A DNA stretch of 64,000 bases. Source: Monocercomonoides exilis PA203. Taxonomy: Eukaryota > Protista > Preaxostyla. Both the position numbers and the translations under genes were made by a program. The stretch covers positions 1,674,001 through 1,738,000 of the forward strand of contig LSRY02000009.1 in NCBI GenBank assembly GCA_001643675.2, in the 5' to 3' direction. Positions 12,252 to 24,753 of the stretch are shown here, one piece after another (position 1 is the stretch's first letter; each line of letters opens with the position of its first letter). The notes beneath the pieces were generated by a model, which was given only the letters and a program-made list of their open reading frames with translations, made no database searches and was not told the DNA's origin.

Positions 12252-15200
12252 ATATTCACGTCAGTGATTTTTTTTTTTAAAAGTTAAAATATTTCGTAAA
12301 AGCATAAAAAAATATTATATTATAATATATCTCATTTTTTTGTTCATTATTTGCACAAGAAAATCAATAATCGTCGTTAATATCGCTTATTTTAAAAAAA
12401 GTTTCTATGGGATACTGACGAATTGTCAAATAAGGAATTTTAGATCGTCAGTGACGGTCATGCCCGTCAGGACAAGTCAGCATTTCAATGTTGGACAAAA
12501 AATTGAAATAAATACTAATTGGTGAAAAAGTTGTATTTTGCTGTGATGAAGGTGAAATAGAATCGTGCGACGAAAAATTTTAACGCTTTTCTCAAGTATT
12601 TATGGAACAAATCAAAATTGAACGTATGCAATCAGAACGCACGTAGAAAACTTGACATCAAGGAAATACAACAATTCATCCAGAACGAAACAGGATCAGA
12701 AAATGGTTTATTTTTTTTATGATAAATTTTATAGAACTATTTTTAATATTAACAAGTTCACAAAGTTCACTAAAATGTCTAAAGCCAGTAGTCAGTTAAC
12801 AAACTACTCGCTGTTTGTCTTCATCTCTTTGTTACACACACAAATATATTGAAGATCCTGCTTCAACAAATTCCTTTTCAATAAAATGTTATTTTCGTTT
12901 TTTTTCATTCATCTTTCTTTCCCGACAACGTTGAAAAGTATTTATCAATTTCTTCGATCGACTTGAAGCGCCTGCCTCCTTATCTTCATCACTTGAAAAA
13001 TTGGGATCAATTTTTCAAAAACGCCAACTGGACATAACGACTGAAGAATTGTTCTTCAAAAACGAGTGATAAAAGAAATTGTATTGGATGAAACAAGAGT
13101 TCAACAAATGTTCTTGAGAATGAGGATTGCGAAATGGACGAGTTATTTATCACCGAGATAATTGAAAGATGTTCAGAAATACTCCGTAAGCATTTTCATC
13201 GAATGAAGATAATCGCTGGATACTTTTATCACTTAATAGAATATGTTATTTCTCTAATGGCGCAATGGAAGATTAGGGCCGAATCATTGTTGGAATGAGT
13301 GAAATATAATGTGAATAAAGATTCTTCATGAAAGTTTTGATTGTGAATTTGTTACTGATTAAAACTTTTTCTTATTGTTTTCATACGCACCACAAAATAT
13401 TTCGTTTTTTTCAATATCTCACATCACATCCGAGGAATAAACTTTAGACATTTTGAAGCTCGTTGATTTTTATTGTTTTTTTTTAAAAATACTATGCAAT
13501 TCATCTCTTAATATTATGAAAAAAAATTAACGTATTATATTTCGCTGTGTTTATTAACCTGTTAATCATAGAAACCTTGCGAAATGAAACAGTTATATGG
13601 TTTATTCGTTCATCTTCTTTTGAATCTTTTCTCCTTATTCTAATTCTATTCTTGTTTATTAATATCGTTTGCGTCATTCTTTTTCCCATCATCCTAACAG
13701 ATTGTTCTTCTCCTTGATCCGCTTGAAATAGGTTTCGTTTGGGTTTTCCTTTCATGTCCAACAACACATTTCGATCTCGAAGTTTTCACTTTTCTCTCTA
13801 TCTAATTCTTCGATTCTTCTTTGCTCATATCACATTCAGTGAATTTGGTGTCACTCACTGAAAATGTGTTGGCAGGGGCAGATGAGGAGAATGAGATGCA
13901 CCCGCCATTGGTGGCAGTTTGTAGGTGTTGTGGAGCTGAGTCGATGTTGGTGATGGTGCAGTTGGCGAGGGAGAGGGAGAGGGCAGGGGAAGTGACTGAG
14001 GAGAGGACACAGCTGGTGGGGGAGGCAGTGGAGGTGATGTCTGTGAAGTTGGATGAGTTGAACGTAAGGGGGTTTGTGAGGGAGGTGAGGTGGAAGATGC
14101 TTTGGCTGTTGAGGGGGAGACTGGTGATTGCTGTGTGGTTGAGGGCGAGGGAGCCAGCAGTGAGGAAGAAGAGGGGTGTTTTTATAGTTATTGAGGTTGT
14201 TCCAGTGATGGTGGTTGTGTTGAGGTTGAGTGAAGGGGAGTTATCGGAGAGGTGGAAGAGGATGGGGGTGATTTGATTTGTGGAGTTGTGGGAGATGGAG
14301 AGGGCAGAGACTGTGAGGGAGCCCTGGGTCTGTTGGAAGAGGGCAGACGAGGCAGATGGATCTGGTGAAGAAGATGCAGATGAAAATGATGATGTTGATT
14401 ATGATGACTGTGAATGTGAGTTTGGTGGTTGAGGAATGCCACTGGAGGCGATGGTGGTGGCATCTGTTCCATTTCCAGTGATTTTGGTGTTGACCGCACT
14501 GAAGGTGAGTGTTTGAGTGGGAACAAATACTGAGGTGAGAAGGGTGAGAGAGGCGTCTTGTGTATCTGTCATGCAAACAAGAGCATATTATATTGAGGCG
14601 CATGGATTAAGTTGTGTTATTCCACAAAGATTTGTATTTGTTCCATTATTTGATACGATTTTGAATGTTTAACTGAGGGAAAGCCATCTATTGTTCTCGG
14701 CATTATCAGCTCTTCCAGCATTCCAGACTCTTTTTGTTGTGGTTATTGAGCTGCATTGCTGGAAAGAAGATTGGGTTATATCACTTCCGTAAAAGAACAC
14801 ATCATTTCCCCTGCCATTTTTGGCAGTGTTGCCATCGAAGAAACAGAATAAGATTAATTGTGTTCCGCTCATCCAAGTGAAGGTGTTTGTGCAACACAAC
14901 CCAGCGCCACCATGTATAGCAGAGGCAGTCAATTTATTGCGAACAAACTGACAATCATTGACTGAAAACTCAATTGGCTTTGCGGAGGGAGGATAATAAA
15001 ACGTGACTGCTCCAGAAGAATCAAGCCCAGTGTTTGCAATGCACTTGCAATTTGTAAACAAGAATTGACTAGATGAAGTCATGTTATAGATCCAGAAATA
15101 CCAACCAGTTCCAATTGTTCTTGTTATTGAACAATTTCCCACCATGTTATCAGAAAATGAATAAACGGAAGATGATTGTTGTTCATTTTTGCAAATTGCT

Positions 15201-16141
15201 CCTCCGTGAAATGAAGAACAGTTTGTGAAATTTGATTTTGCAATTTCAATTTATTTGCAAACAGTAACTATATAACGCTCCACCATGATTTGTATTTGAA
15301 CAATTGAAAAGAAAGCAAGAAGTGATTGTGAGATTTGCATTTGTGTAATTTATTTTCGGAGCACCTCCGTATTCATTTCCACTGTTTGAATCATTCCACT
15401 CACACCATTCAAGGAGATAGCTGTTCAATTCAGAAAAAGCCAATCTTCCAAGTTTCGCTCTTTGAGATTCAGATCCGACATCCACCACGGCAGCATTAGA
15501 AGAAGATCGTATAAGGTGAAAGAAGTTGGTTGCACAAACGAGCAGAAAGAAAGAATGAAGTGGTGTGGAGGGAGAAATAGATACGGAGGAGAAGATGAAA
15601 AATACATTGAAAAAGATTATCTTTAAAAAAATTCAAAGAATATTCAAATTGAAGAAGCACTTAGCGTTAACAAAAAACCGTCTGCATTACAGAAATATAT
15701 GAATGAATAATATCGTTGAAATATTTAAAAAAATCGATTGAAAAAAGAAAAATGAAAAGAATTTCAAAAGTTTCAAACTGTTGAAGCGATAAATAACATA
15801 TATATGTATTATATAAAATAAATGCACAAGAGTAAATTCCACATTATTGCACAATCCATGCATAACAAATCTTATTGAAGAACAATTCATTCGAAATAAA
15901 TAACTGAAATAAATTTATGGGATATGAGAAAAAATCAATTTTTGATAAATTCAAAAATTCAAAAGAACAAATAAAATTCAAAAAATTAATACTCACACAA
16001 AAATAATCATTCACTCCTCAAAAAAAAAAAAGAAAAATGAAAAAATAAAAATAAAATAAAACAAAAAAAAATATATAAAAATAACACTGGAAAATTACTG
16101 ACGGACGTGAAAATTTTTTTTCGATACGTCAGACAGGTTTA
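12252..16141. mobile_element. Left-truncated copy of the hAT-like Pack element (paralog of 38376-41582)
   Basis: Right TIR tcagacaggttta 16129-16141. Subterminal block 12408-12485 aligns with 38598-38675. ACTGACG/CGTCAG motifs at both ends. Same cargo gene. Confidence 0.8.
13830..15610 (-). pseudogene. Beta-helix-like surface family pseudogene (cargo), homolog of 2160-4007
   Basis: ORF pieces 15246-15488, 14669-15145 and downstream share EWCEWNDSN, GTGWYFW, FCFFDGNTAKNGRGND and KITGNGTDAT. Frameshift near 15250 and in-frame TAA at 14669. Confidence 0.85.
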
Positions 16142-17547
16142 GATGTGTTGACACATTAGCTTATTCATTCACACTTAAAGGAATTTTCCATTTTGAAAAA
16201 ACAAACTTTGAAGATAACCTGAATAAATCAATGTCAAAACAAATATAGAAAATATTTCAATCTTCAAAAGAAGAACTTTTCTGTTTGAACACACTTCAAA
16301 AAAGGTTTTGAAAAAAGATTTATATATTGAGATTTTTCTTTGATAGTGATTTTGAAAAAATCAATTTTAACGATGAATTGAAATAAATTTCCGAAATCAA
16401 AGAACTTTCCAAAAAAAATAATGGAACATAGTTAATTTTCTATAAAAATCTGTAAAATTGCGAAATAATGAAAACTCAGAGAATACTCAAAAATTTGTTT
16501 GCACGATCGTAAAATATTTCCGTCATTCACATAAATGAACAGCACGTAACATTGTTTGTTGTTTTTGTCAAGTGTTCATATCAATTCGATTCAAACCCAC
16601 AGAGCAATTCAAGAACAAAAATAGTTTCTGATGTTGAAAATCTTCAACACAATCATCAACGAACTTCTTTGCATCGCACTCAAAGTTTTTAGTAGCTTTT
16701 GTTTTTCCAATATGACAATACAGCGTACACTTCGTCTTTGAAATGGAAACTTCAATTAATTGAAGTTGTGGAAAGTTGAATAAAAAAGCAATCAAAAAAA
16801 ATTATCAAAAAGAAAAAGAAATGAAAACGGAAGGGATTATAATAATGGATTGAATTAACTTGTTTGAAGGAAATTTTTCACATGAAATTTTCCATAGTGA
16901 AAAAAAAGGAGAAATATATTCAGATTATGGAATTGATAACCTTAATCGCTTCATTTTTTCTTTGTGAACAAAAATAATTTTTTAACAATTTATCACATAG
17001 ATAAATGCAGTTTTCTATTTTGTCTCCTTCAAGAAAAAGCGAGAAGTATTCCGCTGTTTGGTAATACATGGAAAAAATTTCATCCAACCAAGTGTCTGAG
17101 CTGCTGGAGTTCATGCTGTTGCACACAAACAAGGGGAAAGCAATTTCAGCAAGAATTCAGAAAATGTTTAATGGTTTGTTATAATTTATTATTACTTGTT
17201 ATAATCAATCATCATACAATTCACAAAATTTCATCAGATACAAACAATTCCATTTTAATAATAATTGCCAGCATATATAACAACGAACAAAACATCCACA
17301 CAAAAGTTGCATTATTAAAGAGTGTCTGTCATAAACACTCTCTTTCGCATTTACGACAGGTTGGGTTCAGCTATTCGGCCGGCAACTACAACCACACAAA
17401 ACAGAACAGCAGCAATCTCTCCTTTGAAATTGGATCTCCACAAAAACCTCCTATTCCACCTTCAAAGAAAAGTTTCTTTTTATTTTTTTCAAAATATTTT
17501 TCATTTCTTTTTTTTTTTGATTAAAAATAAATGTTAAGAATTATCAA

Positions 17548-19110
17548 GTGAAGATGAAGCGGTTTTTCAGAAATATTTATTGGAAAATTCGACTGAATCG
17601 TCTGAAAATATCTGTCGAATTTCTTTTTCGAAAAAAAGTCTGCTTTTTTTATCTCTTTTTTTGGTACAATTACAAAATTGATAAAATAAAACATCTTCTC
17701 TTTTATCTTAAAACAGAGACAGATCATTCTATTTCCTTTGATGATGATTTTTCGATCATTAACTGTGATTCATTTATGGAGGAAGATTTCGATCCTTTGA
17801 AAATCTATTTCATTCCCGAAGAAAATTCGAGTTATGAACTTTCAGAGAGTCATATTTACCCCTTTACGAATGAAAATGACAATAATATGGAAGTTGAGAA
17901 CGAAGGGGCTCATTCATCATTGCAGAGTGGAGTTGGAGAACTTTTTGAACAAACACCAATTATTTGTTTGCCTGATGATGTTGAACGTTGTCATGACAGC
18001 AATAAAGATATATTATATCTGAGAAATGAAGATATTCGAATGGATACTGACTACTGTCATTCTTCAAGCAACCAATTTGACAATCAGATAGATAATACCA
18101 TTATTGAATCAGCTTCAAATTTTGATGACCATCATGTGAATCAAAATGATAACAATAATCAATTATCAGATGTTCTTAACAATTTATCACTGCACAATTA
18201 TGGAAACACATGTTGCCTTGCCTCTATCATTCAAATATTTAGAGTTATTGTGACTCATTGTGGAAAGATTCAAAAAAGAAAAGGAAAACTGTCTTCGTTT
18301 CATTCAAAATTGTGATCAATTGTGTATTGCTCATCGAAAAGTTCCTCATCAACAAATTCATTTGACAATTGTTCGTGGACGGAGCCTTTTGCCAGAAATT
18401 AAGAAAAAAGGCACAGGCTTGAGCTGAGGGTTCAACAAGAATTTTATCTCACATTTGCAAATATGTTCAGTGATTTAATCTGTGTGCTGCCAGAATAAAA
18501 CAACTTAATAAATTTGAACATAACATTCCCAAGAATTTGCTGTTGTTGTGGTTCCAAAACAATTGGAGCTTTGGAATCAACACCGATTATTAGGCTAAAT
18601 GGAAGCAACGTCGTTCAATCATTCAATGAATCATTCACTATTGGATATTCTAATTCAAACAACAAGGAAGCATTTTGCTCAAATTGCAAACAAACAACAA
18701 ATCATTTTTCAAATTTACAAATTCTTTCTTTTCCCAAATTTTTTGCAATTTCTCTGGAAAAAGAAACAGGAATTCATAGAGTGAATTTTTGTGTTGACGA
18801 AAATATTAGCTTTGAAAAAGAAAATGGAGAAATCAACTCCTCAAAAAAGCATGTTGAAGGAGCTCACAATTATTCACTTATCGCATTGCTTTTTCACACT
18901 GAGAAAAATGAAAATGGGCATTTCTTTTGCTTTTGCAAACATCACAAATTGTTCAGTTATTCATCTTCAAATCAAAGTTTTGGTTGGATTTATTGCAACG
19001 ATTCATACGTTTCACACGTTCGCAACAACATTCAAACAATCATTGATGAACAAGCAAGTTGTGGAAACGTACCAATTCTTTCTGTCTATGCTCAAGTGAA
19101 CAATAATGAG
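17548..19110 (+). pseudogene. Ubiquitin-specific protease (peptidase C19/USP) domain, N-terminal part of a transposase gene
   Basis: All in one frame: Cys box LHNYGNTCCLASIIQ (Cys 18211-13), QQE box, two CxxC motifs (CCCCG, CSNCK), His box YSLIALLFH..NGHFF (His 18919-21) and WIYCNDSYV. Three premature stops between 18313 and 18498. Confidence 0.8.
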
Positions 19111-19575
19111 CGGGACTCTGTTGAAATTCCATTTTTCCCAACACTGACGAACGATACTTTTATTTCTCGTCAACAGAATTCATCTGAGAAAACTTTTTCA
19201 ACAACATCAAATGTTTTCACTTCACAAGTGCTTCCCACTTCTTCGTTTCAACAGTATAATCAACAAAGAACATCTGTTGAATTTATAACCAACATTCCAA
19301 ACACTTCAAACTTCACTTTACAGTATTTCAATACAAACACTTCATCAAATTCATTCATTGAATCAGAGAAAAACTCCATTTCACGTCATTCAAGATCAGC
19401 AGATGATATAACACAATCATTTTCCAACTCATTATCTGTATCAAAAAATGAAAAACAACACGCAAAATCTATCATTTCCAACTCCTTTCGTAAATCATCT
19501 AATCAAACAACTCAAAGAAACATGCATCCAACTTCTCATTGTCATCAATATTAAGAATTTTGTTTTTCTCATCCG

Positions 19576-20821
19576 TTGAAATCTTGTGATCAAGCAAGTT
19601 CGAAGCGAGATACAACTGTGCACAAGCAACCAACCAGACTTATAACCATGCCAAAAACTAAGCTGTTTGAAAAACTTAAAGAGTTGAACATAAAAATGTC
19701 TCTCAGCACATTCCACAAAAAAACGACTCACTTAAAGCGTCCCAAAAGGAGTTCTGATCTCTGTGATCTTTGTCAGAGATATGAATCGCTTCAAAAGAGG
19801 AAGGAGTATCTAACCGCACAAGGCGAGCAACTTGATGCAAATGAAAATGTCATTATGTCATTAATTGAGAATCATAAGAAAATTGCGTCCAATTAACAAT
19901 CTCACTTTCGTCTTTTGAAAAACAACATATCGAAAGATGAAGCGTGCTTTTGCTCGACTTTAAAGAAAACTGGAATGTGCCCATTAAGCAAAACAGTATC
20001 AGCAAGGACTTCTTCAACAAACAGGAGGTGTTTCATCTGTGCATAATTGTCTATCTGAGAAATAAAGAAAATAAGATAGAAAAGCATATTTTCAATTTTT
20101 TGTCAAACGTGATGAAACACGATTATCGTTTTGTTATCGAATATCTCGATAACGTGTTGAGATTGAGTTTTCTGCAACAAAGAAAGACTTTTCATTTTAT
20201 GTGTGACACTGGGACACACTTTCTAAATTCTTATCTTCTCCATTATCTCTTTTCTGATTCTTCTCGCTTTGCACGTGGAAAGCATTGCACACTTTCATTC
20301 TTTTGCGAGTTACACGGAAAGTGTGAATGCGACGGAGAATTCGGTTATTTGACAAGGTACATCAACGACAACATTGACGGTGAAACAGAGTTGAATAACA
20401 TTGATGACTTGATTGAGTTTTTTCAGAAATATTCTCAAAATGGAATGTCTCAAGTTTCAAATTTAAATGAATCATCTAATTCCATAAGAAGATACTTTTT
20501 AAAGTTTGTTTTCTTTTCTTGGAAATTTATTTTGTTCATTTTTTTATTTTCAATTTCAGATACATTCCAAGCAATATCATACTGTGGAAGAAAATGGAAG
20601 TTCTGTCTTTGAAAACGTATTTGTTTTACGAAAAACGAGGGAAGGAAATTTTTCGCTCTGTCTTTTCACCGAAAAACTCTGAAGGCGAATCAAGAATAGC
20701 ATATAAGGAGTCGCAATCAAGAGACGAAAGGAAAAGAAAAAACAATAAATGTTTCAAGTCAAATCCTTCAAAGAACATAATTGGAAATGAAACACAAAAT
20801 ATACTATATCATCTGTTATAA
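19576..20821 (+). pseudogene. Sola2-like DDD transposase
   Basis: DLCDLC, H..IA..Q, LLDFKENW, MCDTGTHFLN and FFCELHGKCECDGEFG match the Sola2 pattern DFxEN / xDxxxxFxN / HGKxxxDG. TAA at 19894 and 1-nt frameshift near 19944. GT-AG intron 20504-20559 joins FLK to YIPSNII. Confidence 0.75.
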
Positions 20822-21004
20822 ATAATTGTTCAAATTGTTGTGATAATAGTTTATCTTCAATCTTTGAACCCAATATTTGATTTTTCACTGTTTTGATGAA
20901 TCAAACTTTTGTTTAAAAAACAAAAAATATTTTTCCAACAGGAATGTTTATTGCTCAAGCTCTAATCATTTTGTTTTTGACATAATTTTTTGGGTACTGC
21001 TTTT

Positions 21005-21120
21005 TTGCATTGATGCAAGGAAGTGGCTAGGCTGATTCCATCCTGGGATTGTGCTGTGACCGGTCCAGCACAATCCCTTGCAGGCTTTGGAGCTAGAATC
21101 AGCCTCCCAGGATAAACTTC
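21005..21120. other. GC-rich island with several interlocking inverted repeats
   Basis: Perfect pairs: 21045-56/21066-77 (12 bp), 21029-38/21096-105 (10 bp), 21040-48/21105-13 (9 bp), 21014-20/21076-82 (7 bp). Confidence 0.7.
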
Positions 21121-21399
21121 ATATTGGTTTCATTTTTTATTTCATGACAAAAGTTAGATTCATCAGTCTTTTTTTTGTGAATGTCGACATTCACAAAATT
21201 TTGAGAGTTCCCATTCATTTGTATTTTTTTTTCTCATTTTTGATTTCAGCGAATATCAAACTTATTTCTTCTTATTGTCCTGTTTTTGAAAACTTCAAGT
21301 CATGCACAACCAGGCTGTTGAACAAAGAACGAAAAAGAGGAAACAATAATCAACAGCAGAATGTGAAGCCTTCACTTCCATGGACAACAATTGGGCTTG

Positions 21400-23647
21400 G
21401 GCTGAAGCATCTTCCAAACGATTTCTTCAGTCAGATGTTTGTTTATGAGGAATCTGTGATTGATGAGGAAATTGGATTGGACACACTCACGCTGAGTGGG
21501 ATGCATGAAGAACAGAGTCGAGTGGTTGTGAAAGAGAGGATGAGTTTCAGAAAAGAAATGATTGTGGAGACAAGTGGCCAGGTGTATGTGAGATGGATTC
21601 AATTTGTGTTTGAAGAAGTGGAATCAACATCAACTCCACTTCCAACAACGCATTCTTCATTCATGAAGATATTTTCTGGAAAGAAATCGATCAGCGCGTG
21701 TTCGTTTGAGGGAGCGTGCTCAGCTGAGAAGGAAATGGCGGAAGTGCCATTCAGTCTGATATTTGTGGAAAGGGGGTAATGCTCAATGGGGAATGTGAGT
21801 GTTTTGTGGGTTTCATTTTAGAGTGAAACAGCCATGGTTATGGAAGAAGATACTGAAGTGAGTGGATTGACACTCAGAAATAGAGATGGAAGAAAAGATT
21901 GTTTGAAGATCAATGGATGTGGGAATGTGAAGATGGAAAAAGTGGAATCAGAAAACGTGAAGATGAATAATGGATGGTTTATGAATATTTGTGGAAAAAG
22001 ACAAGGTTCAAATAACAGAGAAGAAAGTGAGCTTTTGTTTTCCATTTTATCATCTTCGTTTGACAACATCACATGTGAAGATGAGAGCGCAGGTGTGATT
22101 GACGTTGAAAAAATGATCGGAAATGTGGAGTTTTCGAACTGTTCATTTCGTGGATGTTCATCGGGAAGAAAGAATGGGAAGATGATATCGCTTATGAGGA
22201 GCAAAAATATGCAGATGAAGCAGTGCTTGTTTGATGGAAAGGAAGAAAGAAAAAAGGAATTGAATGGGGAAGTGGATGTGTGCAAATGGAATGGATCGGT
22301 TGTTGATGTGAAGGAGAGCACAGCAGAGATAAAGGATACGAGTTTTTTGTGTAACTTTGATGGATGTTTTTCTATTTGGGGAGGAAATGCAGAGATTGAA
22401 GCAGGGAATATCTCCTTCAATAATCCATCGATTGAAGGATATCCATCATTGAGAAGGAATATCATCTGTTCAGATTCAGGGATATTAAATGTGATGAGTT
22501 TGAAAGGAGGAGATGGGGCGCTGCCCAACACCTCGATGTGCATTCTGAATGAGGGATGTGCATTTGAAGGGATTGCTTCAGAAAGGGATTCGTCATTCTT
22601 CATTCCCGTTCTGGAGAGTGTGGAAGCAAGAGAAGAGACAGATAAAATGAAGCTGACATTCAAAGGGATGCTTCTTGTTCCGTGCAATCTATCATTCTCA
22701 GTTGTGAAGAGGAAGGGAGAAGAGAAAGAGATTGAACATTATGCTTTTGATTCAAATGGATTCTTGTCAGAAAGAGAAGCAGAAGGAAGTGCAACAAAAG
22801 ATCTCCTCAGTGGCTGTGGAGACGAAATAGAAATGAGTGAGCATATTTTGTTTGGGAATGCAGAATCTCCTTCCTCAACAAATCCATTCATTCTGAAGTA
22901 TGCAAGTGAAACAAAGGGTAATGGAGATGGAAGCATTGTTGAAAGAGAAAAAGGATCAAACTCTTCGTTAGTGTTAATTGTTTGCACGCAATTGTTGAAC
23001 CACTTTTGATTGTATTTTTAATATTTAACGTTTGAATGAGAAAGTGAAAGTGAAGAACTAAAGAGCTGGAGGTGATTGTGGAAGACATAGCGAAGAAGGA
23101 TCCGAAAGTGTTTGAAATGTTGAAGATGGAAATGTCTCCCGAGGAGCAGTGGAGGAGAGCAGAAAGGGGGGCAGAGAAGAAGAATGAAGAGAGGATAAAG
23201 AAAAGGGTTCATGCAAAAAGCTTGGGACATCCGGAGTCATCAGAACATTTGCTGAGTGACGGTTATTCAACTGAATACATTTTGGGAAAAGATTCAGACA
23301 AGATTCCTGATTGGGCATTGGAAAAGGTTGAAGAAGAAGAAATAAGAAAACAGACTCCATCACCATCAATTTCTTCGACATGTTCAACTGATTCAGATTC
23401 AACTTTTGTTCGAACAGAGAACATGTGTCCAACCACATCATCCATGTCGAATCTGGTGGATGCAATGGCCTGTTCATCTCCTCATGAGAAGCTGTTTGTT
23501 GACTTGAGGGATTCTTTGTTCATGCTGCTGCATGGGAGGAATAAAACAAAGGAGATGGAGATTGATGCTTTTCAGAAGATATTGCTGACAACTGTTAAAA
23601 TCTTCCTTTTTAAAAATAATCCGATACTTCTCTTTTCGAAATGTTGA
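21400..23647 (+). pseudogene. C-terminal part of a large beta-helix-like receptor family protein (ectodomain end, TM, cytoplasmic region), decayed
   Basis: ORFs 21834-23009 and 23072-23647 with CKWNGS, FNNPSIEGYPSLRRNIICS and EMSPEEQWRRAE..VDLRDSLFMLLHG. The TM segment near 22970-23035 is frameshifted. Family recognition from memory. Confidence 0.75.
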
Positions 23648-24716
23648 CGTTCTTCAATATGTGTTGAAAAAAATATATGACTTGGGATAATTTTAATTAA
23701 GAAAACAATCAAATAAAACGATGAATATTCTGTATCACCATATGATTTTTTTGTGCGTATTTTTTAAAAAACAATAATTATAAAGATAAATGCTTTTTTG
23801 TATCTGCCTTCGATGAAAGATAATACCGACAAATGATCATTTTCTCTCTTCTAAATTTAATTAATAAAGAAGAAAAACTTAAACATCATTTGAAACAGAC
23901 TCAAGCATTATCATCTTTTACGAAACTTCATTTTCATCAAATACAAATCATGTGATTAATATTTAAATAGCTTTAACGATTGCATTATATCTCTCAATTT
24001 CAGCTTTTTCTTTCAGTTGATTTCATCAAATTTTACTCAAATATTTTTGACACACAAATAGATGAAAAGGAATAGATAATGAGAAGAATTAAATTGTGAA
24101 TCTTCAGAAATCTCAATAAAATATTACTTTTCAAATTATTGGTATATGATATCACAAAATTAAAAACAGTTTTGGTTTCTGGTGATAATAATAATAAAAC
24201 AAATGAATTGATGATATGGAACATGAGGCAATACATATAATTTCTTGAAATCAGTCATATTATGAAGTTTGAAATGAGCTTCCGAATAGTTGAAATAAAC
24301 GTTTGAATGATGGAAAAAAGCAAAATTTTAAACAACGTTAAATCTGTTCTCTCGTTTTTGACACAATAAAAAATCCTATTTGTGAAAAAAAGCCAATCAA
24401 AATAAAAAATTTTATATTTATTATGAAAAAAGAAATAAAGAATAATAAGTTCACACTTGCAAAATTGGATATTTTATGAAAGTATTGCATGAGAAATTTC
24501 AGCACATATTTCAAGAGATATCAAAAAAAAAAAATACAAATTCTGTTTCTTCCATTTCCCAAACTTCGTTATGGTTAAAATGATCCATGTGAGAAAGAAA
24601 TTTGGACTAACTTTTAATGAGTGATTTCAAAGAAAAGAAATAAATGTTTATATTATAAATAGATAATTTTTGTATGTTTGAGATTGTTTTATTGAAAATG
24701 GTTTCAAAGAAAAATA

Positions 24717-24753
24717 CCCCCGAAAAAATTTATGATTTCAAAAATAATCACCC
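24717..24753. repeat. Orphan right TIR of the GGGTGA MITE family
   Basis: ccccgaaaaaatttatgatttcaaaaataatcaccc, matching the right ends at 628 and 33225. Confidence 0.75.

Noticed and set aside
18313-19896. Alternative genetic code (TAA/TAG=Gln as in Streblomastix, or TGA reassigned) explaining in-frame stops
   Set aside because: Stops replace different expected residues (Gly, Trp, Tyr, Gln) and co-occur with frameshifts. Gln-rich ORFs use CAA/CAG, and the intact 1198-aa gene ends in TAA. These are nonsense mutations.
21005-21120. HDV-like ribozyme or Helitron 3' end
   Set aside because: The minus strand has P2/P4-like helices but no P1 partner or canonical J4/2. CTAG is not followed by T and no Rep/helicase is present.
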